A stretch of 64,000 nucleotides of DNA from Thermoplasmata archaeon (GCA_035502475.1 DATJUJ010000021.1:5098-69097), one strand, 5' to 3'. Shown: positions 19,934 through 30,465, counted from the first letter of the stretch. Notes: generated by a model from the sequence alone, not told the origin. Numbers and translations are program-made.

Positions 19934-21256
19934 ACGACGAGCGCTCGCAAACGGCCCATCGTGCTCAAGTTCGGCGGCGCGGCGCTCGTCGACCCCGAAC
20001 GGGTCGTCGACGACGTGCGCGCGGCGGTCCGGGAGGGAGTGCCCCTCGTCGTCGTCGCGAGCGCGGTCGAGGGGGTCACCGATCTGCTCTCCGAGGCGGT
20101 GCGCCACCCCCGAGCGCGGACCCGCCATCGGGCGATCCTGGACGCGATCCGGGCAAGGCACCCGGAGCTTCCGCTCGCGGGCCGTCGCCAGCTCGATCGG
20201 CTCCAGCGGCTCTTCACGCTCCTCGAGCGGACTCCGCGGGCGGACGCGCCGCTGGCCGACCGGGTCCTCAGCCAGGGGGAGCGGCTCGCCGTGCACTGGC
20301 TCTCCCAGCGCTTGCGGGAGCGCGGGCTTCCGGCGGTCGCCGTGGAGGCGGACCACCTGGGGCTGATCACCGACAACGCGTACGGCGCGTCGTGCATCCT
20401 CTTCGACCGGTCCCGGGCCCCGGTGCGACGCGGCCTCGGTCGGCTGCTGACGCACGGACAGATCCCCGTCGTGACCGGATACTTCGGACGCAGTCTCGAG
20501 GGCCGGGTCGCGACGCTCGGCCGGGGCGGATCGGACTACGCGGCCGCGGGGATCGGGGCCCTGCTCGGGGCCTCGCGCGTGGAGCTCGTGAAGCGCCATG
20601 TCGCGGTCCTCTCGGCCGACCCCCACGAGGTGCCCGGCGCCCGACCGATCCCCGAGCTCTCCTACGAGGAGGCCGAGGAGCTGGCGCAGTTCGGCGCACG
20701 GGTGCTCCATCCGCTGACGATCGAACCGGCGCGGGCGAGCGGTCTCGTGCTTCGCGTCCGCTCGCTCGAGGACGCCCGCGTGGTCACGACGATCGGGCCC
20801 GGCCGCGCGGACCGGCACAACCGGGCGCTCACCGTGCTCCGTCCGCTCCGGCTCCTTCGACTACGCGTCCCCGGGGGCCGCCAGCGCCCCGGGGTGGTCG
20901 CCGAGGTGGCGCAACGGCTCTCCGAGGCCCGGGTCAACGTCGTGCAGCTGTACACCTCGTCGGCGCTCCTCTGCCTCGTGCTGGAACCCGGGCAGGTCCT
21001 CCCGGGCCTCCGTGCCCTCGCCCCGCTGACGCGGGAGGCCGCCGCGATGGTCGAAGGACCGTACCGCGTGGCGCTCGTGACGGCCATCGGGGACGGCATC
21101 CTGGACGACCTGGGCCGGATCCCGGCGTCGGCGGTCGCCGGGGCGGAGGGGTTCAGCGCCACGCCCCGGGCGCTGTCGCTCGCCGTGCCCGAGGCGCGGG
21201 CGTCCGAGGTGCTGCGCGGTCTCCATCGGGCCCTGGTCGCGGAACGGAGCCCATGA
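19934..21256 (+). CDS. ask: aspartate kinase with C-terminal ACT-like region; start uncertain (ACG 19934/19937 or GTG 19961)
   Basis: LKFGG, VVASA..GVTDLL, GERLA, TLGRGGSDY, ADP, LSYEEAEELAQFGARVLHP. Confidence 0.85.
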   Translation, partial: TTSARKRPIVLKFGGAALVDPERVVDDVRAAVREGVPLVVVASAVEGVTDLLSEAVRHPRARTRHRAILDAIRARHPELPLAGRRQLDRLQRLFTLLERTPRADAPLADRVLSQGERLAVHWLSQRLRERGLPAVAVEADHLGLITDNAYGASCILFDRSRAPVRRGLGRLLTHGQIPVVTGYFGRSLEGRVATLGRGGSDYAAAGIGALLGASRVELVKRHVAVLSADPHEVPGARPIPELSYEEAEELAQFGARVLHPLTIEPARASGLVLRVRSLEDARVVTTIGPGRADRHNRALTVLRPLRLLRLRVPGGRQRPGVVAEVAQRLSEARVNVVQLYTSSALLCLVLEPGQVLPGLRALAPLTREAAAMVEGPYRVALVTAIGDGILDDLGRIPASAVAGAEGFSATPRALSLAVPEARASEVLRGLHRALVAERSP

Positions 21257-22449
21257 CCGACCCGTGGACCGAGTTCGCCTCCGCGGCGGAGACGGCGGAG
21301 TCCGCGGGGTACTTCGAGCAGGCCGCCGGACCCGGGACGCCGACCGGCTCGGCGACCTGGTTCACCGGGAAGGCCGAGACGCGCCCGATCGATCGGCGCA
21401 CGGACGTCGCCGAACTCGCCCGGGAGACGGAACGCTTCCTGCGGGGAGGGCGGACCCGCGTCGTCCTCGGCTACCTCGGCTTCGACGCCGTCGGCCTCTT
21501 CGAGCCGGCGCTCGCCTCGTTCCCGGCGGGCTCGCCGTTTCCCCTCGGGGAGGTCGCGTTCGTCGACCGGGCGGTCTCGCGACTCGGACCGCCCGCGCCC
21601 GCGCTTCGACCCCCGCGTTCGACCGGTCCGTCGCCGCCGGTCTCCGACTCGCTGCCACGCGCCCGCTACGAGGCGAGCGTCCGGCGGCTCGTCCGAGACA
21701 TCCGCGACGGCGAGGCGTTCCAGGTCGTGCTGGCGCACCGGCGGGCGTGGCCCCGGCCGCAGGACCTGCTCGAACGGGCCGGCCGGTTGCGCGCGTCCGA
21801 GCGGTACGCGTTCTTCTTCTATCTTCGCTTCGGCGATCGCGAGGTCGTCGGCGCGAGCCCGGAGTCGGTGCTCGAGGTCGACGGCGCGGTCGCCCGCATC
21901 AACCCGATCGCCGGGACGGTCCCGCTCGGTCGGGGTCGGGCCCGCCGGATGGCGCTCGAGGTCGACCCCAAGGAGCTCGCGGAGCACCGCATGCTCGTCG
22001 ACCTGGCGCGCAACGACCTGGGGGCGGTCGCCCGGCCGGGCTCGGTGCGCCTCGCCTCGGTCGAGCAGCGCGAGCGGTACGCCCGGCTCGAGCACCTCGT
22101 CAGCCGCGTCGAGGCCCGGCTGCGGCCCGGCGTCGGGCCGTGGGAGGCGCTCGCCTCGGCGTTCCCCGCGGGCACGGTGAGCGGGGCCCCGAAGATCCGG
22201 GCCACCGAGCTCCTGCGGCGCGAGGAGCGCTCGTGGCGCGGACCGTACGCCGGCACGGTCGGCCGATTGCGACCCGGGGGACGAGCCGAGTGGGCGCTCA
22301 CGATCCGGTCGGCGTTCGCGGCCCGGGAGCGCCTCTACACGGCCGCGGGCGCCGGGATCGTGCACCGCTCGCGGCCCGGGCGCGAGTTCACGGAGACCCT
22401 CACGAAGCTCTCCCACGTGGAGCGCACGCTCGCCGGAGGGCGCCCGTGA
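21253..22449 (+). CDS. trpE: anthranilate synthase component I (compact form)
   Basis: 398 aa; GEAFQVVL, GASPE, PIAGT, KELAEHRMLVDLARNDLG, HLVS, FPAGTVSGAPKIRA, IRS, AGAGIV. Confidence 0.9.
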   Translation: MTDPWTEFASAAETAESAGYFEQAAGPGTPTGSATWFTGKAETRPIDRRTDVAELARETERFLRGGRTRVVLGYLGFDAVGLFEPALASFPAGSPFPLGEVAFVDRAVSRLGPPAPALRPPRSTGPSPPVSDSLPRARYEASVRRLVRDIRDGEAFQVVLAHRRAWPRPQDLLERAGRLRASERYAFFFYLRFGDREVVGASPESVLEVDGAVARINPIAGTVPLGRGRARRMALEVDPKELAEHRMLVDLARNDLGAVARPGSVRLASVEQRERYARLEHLVSRVEARLRPGVGPWEALASAFPAGTVSGAPKIRATELLRREERSWRGPYAGTVGRLRPGGRAEWALTIRSAFAARERLYTAAGAGIVHRSRPGREFTETLTKLSHVERTLAGGRP

Positions 22450-23027
22450 AGATCGTGCTCGTCGACCACGAGGACTCGTTCGTCCACAACATCGAGCAGG
22501 CGCTCGCGTCCGACGGGGCGGAGGTGCGTTGCGTCCGCTGCACGGAGCCCGTTCGAACGGTCGTTGGGATCGACCCCGACGCGGTCGTGTTGTCGCCCGG
22601 GCCAGGGCACCCCGACGACCGACGGATCACGGGTCTCGCGCGCGGGCTCCTCGCCCGCTGGGACACCGAACGCCCGTTCCTCGGGGTCTGCCTCGGCCAC
22701 CAACTGATCGGCGCCCACTACGGCGGCCGAGTCGTCCACGCTCCGGCGCCGGTGCACGGGGAGGTGGCGCGCGTCCGCCACGACGGACGGGGGCTCTTCG
22801 CAGGACTCGACTCGCCGCTCGTCGGCGCGCGCTACCACTCCCTCGTCGTCGATCCGGGCTCGGTCCCGGACGCGCTCGAAGTCTCGGCGTGGGGGATGGA
22901 CGGGATCGTCATGGGACTCCGCCATCGCAAGCGCCCCGTGGAATCCGTCCAGTTCCACCCCGAGTCCTACCTCACGCGGACCGGGCCCCAGATGCTCGCG
23001 AACTTTCTGCGGGAGGTCCGGCGGTGA
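22446..23027 (+). CDS. trpG: anthranilate synthase component II (glutamine amidotransferase)
   Basis: DHEDSFVHNI, LSPGPGHP, LGVCLGHQ, RYHSL, VQFHPES triad. Confidence 0.94.
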   Translation: MKIVLVDHEDSFVHNIEQALASDGAEVRCVRCTEPVRTVVGIDPDAVVLSPGPGHPDDRRITGLARGLLARWDTERPFLGVCLGHQLIGAHYGGRVVHAPAPVHGEVARVRHDGRGLFAGLDSPLVGARYHSLVVDPGSVPDALEVSAWGMDGIVMGLRHRKRPVESVQFHPESYLTRTGPQMLANFLREVRR

Positions 23028-24052
23028 TCGCCCCCGTCCTCGCCCGCCTCTACGATCCGCAGCCGCTCGCGCCGTCGGACGCCCGGCGTGCGTTCGATGC
23101 CCTGCTCGATCCCGGCCGTTCCGAGGCGGAACGCGTCGCGGTGCTCGCGGTCCTGACGGCCCGACCCGATTCGACCGCGGATCTCGCGGCGTTCGCCCGC
23201 GAGATGCGCCGGAGGGCCCGGCCGTTCCCCGTCCCCCGGGGCGACGGCGCCGTCGACCTCTGCGGGTCCGGGGGCGCCCCCCGACGCTCGTTCAACGTGT
23301 CGACCGTGAGCGCCTTCGTCGTGGCCGCCGCGGGCGTGCCGGTCGTGAAGCACGGCAACCGGAGCGCGCGCGGCCCGTGCGGTTCGTCGGACGTGCTGGA
23401 GGCGCTCGGGCTCCCCGTGGTCGACGACCTCGGGTTCGCGCGCCGCAGCTATCGGAAGTTCGGCCTCGCGTTCCTCCACGCCCCGCTCTTCCACCCGGCG
23501 ACGCGGGCGGTCGGCGAGGCCCGGCGCCTGCTGGGCGTCCCCACGCTCTTCAACCGCCTCGGGCCGCTCTCCAACCCGGGGAACGTCCCGTTCCAGGTCG
23601 TCGGGGTTCCCGACCGGGCGACCGCGCGCCGCACCGCGGAGGTGCTGGCCCGGCTCGGCACGCGGCGCTCGCTCGCGATCACCGCTCCGCCGGGCTACGA
23701 CGAGTTCTCGCCGACCGGCACGACGCACGGGTTCCGGCAGGACGGCCCCCGCCTGCGACCGTTCGAGGTGCGGGCCGTCGAGTACCTGGCGCCCGACGAC
23801 CGTCGCGGCGGTTGGGGCCCGCTCGACCCTCCGCACGCCGCGGCCGAAGCGGAGCGCCTGCTGGCCGGCGGAGGGGGCGCCCGTCGGGGCTCGGTGCTGC
23901 TCACCAGCGGGGCGTCGATCTGGATCGCCGGGCGTGCCGCCACGTTGCGGGACGGGATCGCTCGCGCCCGTGAGGCTCTCGACCTCGGTCGGGTCGAGCG
24001 CCTGCTGTTCGACCTCCGAGCCCTCGCGGGCCGAACGGGGGGGCGGGGCTGA
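23024..24052 (+). CDS. trpD: anthranilate phosphoribosyltransferase
   Basis: DLCGSGG, SFNVST, KHGNRS, GSSDVLEALG, LFNRLGPLSNP, GYDE. Confidence 0.93.
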   Translation: MIAPVLARLYDPQPLAPSDARRAFDALLDPGRSEAERVAVLAVLTARPDSTADLAAFAREMRRRARPFPVPRGDGAVDLCGSGGAPRRSFNVSTVSAFVVAAAGVPVVKHGNRSARGPCGSSDVLEALGLPVVDDLGFARRSYRKFGLAFLHAPLFHPATRAVGEARRLLGVPTLFNRLGPLSNPGNVPFQVVGVPDRATARRTAEVLARLGTRRSLAITAPPGYDEFSPTGTTHGFRQDGPRLRPFEVRAVEYLAPDDRRGGWGPLDPPHAAAEAERLLAGGGGARRGSVLLTSGASIWIAGRAATLRDGIARAREALDLGRVERLLFDLRALAGRTGGRG

Positions 24053-24846
24053 TGGACTTCCTCGAGGAGATCGTACGCGAGACCCGGGCGGCCGTGGAGG
24101 ACCCGTCGTACGCCCGGGGCCTCCCTGCGCGTCCCCTTCAGCCTCGGGCGAGCCTCGCTCAGGCGATCCGGGACGCGGGCGCCGAGGGCGCGCTCGTGGT
24201 CGAGCACAAGCGCGTCTCGCCCGGCGCGAGCTCCCCACGCCTGCCCCGCCGCTCGATGGCCGACTTCGTCCGTCTCGGCGAGGCCGGACGGGCGACCGCC
24301 TTCTCGTGCCTCGCCACCCGGCCGCGCTTCGAGGGAAGCCCGGGCGATGTGGCCGACCTCTGCGCCCGAACGGCGCGACCGGTGCTGTTCAAGGAGTTCG
24401 TCATCGACCCGGTGCAGCTGCAGGTCGCGGCCCGTGCCGGGGCGAGCGCGGTGCTGCTGCTGGCCCGGCTGTCCCGGCCCGCCTACGGTGTGCCGATCCG
24501 CGACCTCGCGACCGAGGCGCACGCGCTCGGCCTCGAGGTCCTCCTCGAGCTGCACGAGCGCACAGAATTAAGTCTCATCGAGGGCGTGGCCGCCGACGTG
24601 TACGGTGTGAATACCCGGAATCTGGCGACGCTGGCCCTCGATCGCGCCGAGGTCGCGGAGACCCTCCGTCGGGCCGCGCACCTGCGCCCGATGCTCGGGC
24701 TGAGCGGGGTCGACGGGCCCGAGGAGGCGCGTCGGTTCTGGGCGCTGGGCGTGGACGGCCTCCTCGTCGGCACCGGGTTCGCCCAGGCCCAAGATCCGGT
24801 CGCCTTCCTCGACACGCTGCGCCGTCCGACCGCGGGGCGCCCATGA
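24052..24846 (+). CDS. trpC: indole-3-glycerol-phosphate synthase (divergent)
   Basis: VEHKRVSP, FEGS, PVLFKEFVIDP, GASAVLL, LELH, GVNTRNL; operon position. Confidence 0.88.
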   Translation: MDFLEEIVRETRAAVEDPSYARGLPARPLQPRASLAQAIRDAGAEGALVVEHKRVSPGASSPRLPRRSMADFVRLGEAGRATAFSCLATRPRFEGSPGDVADLCARTARPVLFKEFVIDPVQLQVAARAGASAVLLLARLSRPAYGVPIRDLATEAHALGLEVLLELHERTELSLIEGVAADVYGVNTRNLATLALDRAEVAETLRRAAHLRPMLGLSGVDGPEEARRFWALGVDGLLVGTGFAQAQDPVAFLDTLRRPTAGRP

Positions 24847-25482
24847 AGACGTTCGTCAAGCTGTGCGGGCTCCGGGACGCCGAGGCGATCCGGCTGGTCC
24901 CGGCCGGCGGGGCCGCGGGATTCGTGATCGAGGTCCCGGGCTCCCCGCGGAACCTGACCGCCGAGGCGGCCGCGGCCCTGCTCGAGCACGTCCCGACCGA
25001 GGCCGAGGCCTGGGCGGTGGTCGTGAACCCCTCGACGGAGCTGATCCACCGCCTGTTCGACGACGTGGGGGTCGATCGGGTCCAGGTCTACGGCCCGATC
25101 CCGCCCGACCTCGAGTTCCTCGAGGTGCACCACCTGGTCCCCTCGATGCCCATCGCACCGCCGGGCTCCGATCTCCCCGAACCTCCGGTCCCTGCCGCCG
25201 AGGATTTCCCGCGGGTCCACCTGGACGCCGCCGGTCAGCCGGTCCCGGGAGGGAGCGGCACCCGACCGAACTGGGAGGTCTGCGCCCGGATCGTCGACGC
25301 GCATCCCGGCCGGAAGTTCGTGCTCGCCGGCGGCCTCACTGCCGAGAACGTCGCGGACGCGCTCGCCACGGTCCGGCCGTGGGGGGTCGACGTCTCGTCC
25401 GGCATCGAGGGCGCGCCCGGCGTGAAGGACCCCGAGAAGATCCGGGCGTTCCTCGCGGCGGTCGAGCGGTTCGAGGAAGGGC

Positions 25483-25490
<8 letters not shown>
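24843..25490 (+). CDS. trpF: phosphoribosylanthranilate isomerase
   Basis: [36 protein letters not shown]. Confidence 0.92.
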
Positions 25491-26629
<1,139 letters not shown>

Positions 26630-26646
<17 letters not shown>

Positions 26647-27418
26647 GGCGCTCTCCCGGGCCCGACGCGACCGACGTCCGAGCGTCGTCCCGTACGTCCT
26701 CGTCGATCGAGCGCGGTCGCGCCGACTGGCCGCGACCGTGGCCGCGCTGCGGGACGGCGGGGCGACCGCGCTCGAGCTGGGGTTCCCGTTCTCCGACCCG
26801 ATCGCCGACGGACCGGTCCTCGAGGGCGCCCATGCGCGGGCGCTCCGGCATGGGACGCGCTGGACGGACCTCCGGGCCGCGGTCCGCGAGGCGAGTCGTT
26901 CGCTGCCCGTCGCGGTCATGACGTATGCGAATCCGGTCTGGCATCGGGGGCTCGATCGCGCGCTCGGGGAGCTCGCCGCCGCGGGCGCATCGGGGCTGAT
27001 CGTCCCCGATCTCGCGCTCGAGGAGAGCGGCCCGTTCCGTCGGGCCGCGCGCGTCGCCGGGCTCGACCTCGTGCTCCTCGCCGCGCCGGGGGTGCCCGAC
27101 GCGCGGCTCCGGTCGATCGCCCGGGCGAGCCGCGGATTCCTCTACCTCGTCTCGCGCTATGGGACGACCGGCACGACGGGGAGCGGCCCCGCCCCCGACC
27201 TCGCCCGGCTGGTCGGTCTCGCGCGTCGCGCCGCGCCGGCCCTCCCCGTGCTGCTGGGCTTCGGGGTGCGAGACCGGGCGACCGCCGCGCGCGCGCTCGC
27301 CACCGGGGTCGACGGGGTCATCGTCGGAAGTGCCGTGGAGCAGCACCTCACGGCCCCGGGGGGCGTCGCGTCCCTCGCCCCGTGGCTGCGGTCGATCGCG
27401 AGCGCCCGACGCGCCTAA
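26630..27418 (+). CDS. trpA: tryptophan synthase alpha chain; predicted ACG start at 26630
   Basis: [15 protein letters not shown] (Glu49/Asp60), [34 protein letters not shown]; the frame upstream of the listed GTG start already encodes [19 protein letters not shown] (TrpA N-terminus). Confidence 0.9.
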
Positions 27419-27443
27419 GAGGGCCGCCCCGCTGGGGTCGGCC

Positions 27444-28253
27444 ATGGCACGCGGACCCCCGTCGCCCGCGGTCTGGGTCCAGCTCGCCCAGTCGCTGGTC
27501 GCGCGCGAGCTGGTCCGGGAGTTCGGGCTCCCCGAACGACGGGCCGCCGACCTCCTGGGCCTCGCCCCGTCCGCCGTCTCTCAGTACCTCTCCGGCCGCC
27601 GGCTCGGGGGCCTCCTGGTCGGCGTCGCGGGCGACGACCACGCGCGGGCGATCGCCCGGGCGGCGGCCGAGGAGCTCGCGTCGCACCCGGAGCCGTCCGG
27701 GGAGACGCTCCGCATCGTGCTCGAGACCGCCCGGCGGCTTGCCGAGACCTCCGGCGTGCGGCCCGGACCCGCCCCCGGTCCGCCGGAGACCGCGCTGTCG
27801 GCCACCGACCGGCGGCGGCTCTCCGAAGCCCTTCGGGACCGCATCGCGCTCGAGCAGGCGGCCGTGGCGGAGTGCATGCGGCTCGCCCAGAAGTCCCGGG
27901 ACGAGCTGACGCGATCGATCTTCCGGCAGATCGCGGCCGACAGCCTGCGTCACGCCGAGATCGTCGCGTCGATCCAGACCTACCTCGACCGGGGGCTCCA
28001 TCGGCCGCTGGCGAGCGGCGTCACGCGCCACGACATCGAGGCGCTCCTCATGCGGGAGCGCGAGGCGGAGGCGCAGGGCTCGACCGACCCGGGCTCCGAG
28101 TTCGGCGGCATCATGTCGGTCCTCTGGGAGAGCATGGTCTCGGACGAGCGGAAGCACGAGGAGCTCCTGGCGCAGATGCTCGCCAGCGCCTTCGCGCCCG
28201 CCAAGGTCCGTCGGCCGACGGGTCCGCCGGCGCCCGGAACGAAACCGCCGTAG
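27444..28253 (+). CDS. HTH transcription-regulator domain fused to a ferritin/rubrerythrin-like four-helix domain
   Basis: ATG 27444; N-terminal ERRAADLLGLAPSAVSQYLSGRR HTH; C-terminal ALEQAA, DSLRH, EREAE, DERKH. Confidence 0.75.
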   Translation: MARGPPSPAVWVQLAQSLVARELVREFGLPERRAADLLGLAPSAVSQYLSGRRLGGLLVGVAGDDHARAIARAAAEELASHPEPSGETLRIVLETARRLAETSGVRPGPAPGPPETALSATDRRRLSEALRDRIALEQAAVAECMRLAQKSRDELTRSIFRQIAADSLRHAEIVASIQTYLDRGLHRPLASGVTRHDIEALLMREREAEAQGSTDPGSEFGGIMSVLWESMVSDERKHEELLAQMLASAFAPAKVRRPTGPPAPGTKPP

Positions 28254-28265
28254 GGCCGATCGGCC

Positions 28266-29330
28266 TCAGGGACGCACGCGCTCGAGCGAGAGGAACCGGA
28301 CCGACGCGTCCGGGGCGACGCCGGCGACGACGTACTCCTTCCGGACCCCCTGCGCGACGCGGACCCCGCCGGCGATCTCCGGCCACGCGGCGACGTGGGT
28401 CGCCGGGACGGCCTGGACGAGGTAGCGGGCGTGCGCATGCTCGGGGTTGCGGGGGTAGGCGCGGAAATGCGCCCCGTACTTGAACCCCGTCTTGACGACG
28501 AGGCGACGGCCCCGCAGCTCCCGGTAGGCCGCGAGCCGCTCCGCGAAGCGCCGGTCGAGCGCGCGGGCCCGTCGGTCGAGGCGCTCGGGCGGGACGGCCC
28601 GCCCCGACTTCGCGTCGCGCAGCGTGAGCTGGCCCGAGCCGACGAGGTAGGTCGCCTCGAGCAGGCTGAGCTCGAGCCGGTCCCCGACCCGGCTCCCGTA
28701 GGCGAGCGTCTTGCCGAGCTCCTGGACGGCCGCCGGATCGTGGACGGTCACCCGGTCCTCGGACAGCCAGCCCTCCGTCGGCCGGGCGAGCGGCGTCGCG
28801 GGCAGGGCGCCGTTGGGCGACGGACGACGGACCCGGTAGTACGTGAGGTCCGACTCCTCGTCGACGACCCCGATCAGGAGCAGCTTCTTCGCGGTCTGGG
28901 CACGCTCCGCGAGCTCGAACAGTCGGGCAAGGTCGAACGGGACCCGCTCGCTCAGCGCCTCGACCCAGAACCGGGACGGCGTCTTGTGGAGCGTGCCGCC
29001 GCGCGGCAGCACCGCGAACGCCACCGGGGGCGGGCTCGCCCGGACGACGTACCCGCGCTGTCGGAGGTCGCGGTAGACGAGGTACCGGACCGGGAACTCG
29101 GGATCGACCCGGACCGCGCGACGGTACACGACGGGCCACGCGACGTCCGCGCCCTTCGCGTCCGCCACCGCGAGGCGGCCCATCTCGGCCAGGTAGACCG
29201 ACTCGTACCGGTCGAGGGCGAGGCCGCCCCCGGAGGTCGGCGAGCCGAAGTAGCCCTTCCCGTAGACCTGGCTCGCTTCCGCGGCGTCGGCGACCGCGAC
29301 CGTCGCGTCCGCGCGGAGGGTCCCCGTCAC
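28266..29330 (-). CDS. endA: tRNA splicing endonuclease, two-repeat (alpha2 homodimer) type
   Basis: GTG 29330; N-terminal repeat ending VVDEESDLTYY; catalytic repeat KTGFKYGAHFRAY...HARYLV...QGVRK. Confidence 0.93.
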   Translation of the reverse strand: MTGTLRADATVAVADAAEASQVYGKGYFGSPTSGGGLALDRYESVYLAEMGRLAVADAKGADVAWPVVYRRAVRVDPEFPVRYLVYRDLRQRGYVVRASPPPVAFAVLPRGGTLHKTPSRFWVEALSERVPFDLARLFELAERAQTAKKLLLIGVVDEESDLTYYRVRRPSPNGALPATPLARPTEGWLSEDRVTVHDPAAVQELGKTLAYGSRVGDRLELSLLEATYLVGSGQLTLRDAKSGRAVPPERLDRRARALDRRFAERLAAYRELRGRRLVVKTGFKYGAHFRAYPRNPEHAHARYLVQAVPATHVAAWPEIAGGVRVAQGVRKEYVVAGVAPDASVRFLSLERVRP

Positions 29331-29881
29331 CGACGGGCTCCCAGCAGCTGGGAGAGGGTGACGAGCGCCTCCAGGCGGACCCCGACCGCGGCGAGGCGCT
29401 CGCGCGCCCCGGACTCGCGGTCGACGACCATGACGGCCCGGTCGACGGTGCCGCCCGCGGACCGAATGATCTCGATCGAGCGGAGCGAACTGCCCCCGGT
29501 CGTCGACGTGTCCTCGAGCAGGAGCACGCGGGCCCCGGCCGGGATGGTGCCCTCGTACGCCTGCTTCGTGCCGTGGTCCTTCGCGGCCTTGCGGAGGATG
29601 ACGTACGGCAGGTGCTCCCGGAGCGCGACGGCGACCACGAGCGGCACCGCCCCGAGCTCCATGCCCGCGAGCCGGTCCGGGCGGCCCACGCGGGCCGCGA
29701 GGGCGCGCGCGAGGACCTCGAGGGCGGCCGGATCCGGCCACGCGCGCTTCACGTCGATGTAGACGTCGCTCTTCTCGCCCGACGTGAGCGTGAACTCTCC
29801 GAAGCGGACCGAGCCCGAGTCGATCAGCAGGCGGACGATCTCCTCCGAGGTCGGGACCGGACCGGCGGCAGGAGTCGTCAC
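29327..29881 (-). CDS. pyrE: orotate phosphoribosyltransferase
   Basis: FGEFTLTSGEKSDVYIDVK, GMELGAVP, RKAAKDHG, LLEDTSTTGGS, VDRE. Confidence 0.93.
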   Translation of the reverse strand: MTTPAAGPVPTSEEIVRLLIDSGSVRFGEFTLTSGEKSDVYIDVKRAWPDPAALEVLARALAARVGRPDRLAGMELGAVPLVVAVALREHLPYVILRKAAKDHGTKQAYEGTIPAGARVLLLEDTSTTGGSSLRSIEIIRSAGGTVDRAVMVVDRESGARERLAAVGVRLEALVTLSQLLGARR

Positions 29882-30456
29882 CAGGGCACCTTCTTGAGAC
29901 CGAGCCAGTAGCCGATCCAGTTGAATCCGGCGTGCAGCCCGAGCGTGTAGACGACGACCCATAAGACCGCTTCCCAGCTCGCGAACGTGGCGACGAAGAG
30001 CCCCGGGTACAGGACGAGCCCGAGCACGATCGGCACGACCACGAACGGCAGCTGGTCGAGCAGGAAGGTGCGGGCCCCGCTGCCGAGCCCGAGCCGCCGC
30101 TTCACGAACGAGCCGAGCGCGTCGCCGGTCATGGCGCCGAACGTGAGCAGCAGCACGACCGGCACGGCCGCGAGCACGCTCGGGGCGAACTGGGGGACGA
30201 GCTGGAGGTTCGGAGGCGCGGCCAGGATCAGCCCCGCCTCGAGGAGGCCGATCGGCAGGGCGCCGAAGCCGGCGACCAGGAACCCCGACCAGGTCTTCGA
30301 GGCGCCGAGGACCCGACGGCCGTCGTGCCGGAGGACGCGCCCGAAGTCCATCGGCGGGCCCCAGCCCCTGGGCAGGGTCGCCATCGCATTGGCGCAGTAC
30401 GTGGGAAGCAGCACCCACAGCACCGCGAGCGCGCTCGATTCGAGGGGGCTCAGCAC
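29878..30456 (-). CDS. carS: CDP-archaeol synthase
   Basis: PTYCANAMA, PMDFGR, LGASKTWSG, GDALGSFVKRRLG, LDQLPF, LGLKKVPW. Confidence 0.92.
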   Translation of the reverse strand: MLSPLESSALAVLWVLLPTYCANAMATLPRGWGPPMDFGRVLRHDGRRVLGASKTWSGFLVAGFGALPIGLLEAGLILAAPPNLQLVPQFAPSVLAAVPVVLLLTFGAMTGDALGSFVKRRLGLGSGARTFLLDQLPFVVVPIVLGLVLYPGLFVATFASWEAVLWVVVYTLGLHAGFNWIGYWLGLKKVPW

Positions 30457-30465
30457 GGCGGGCCT

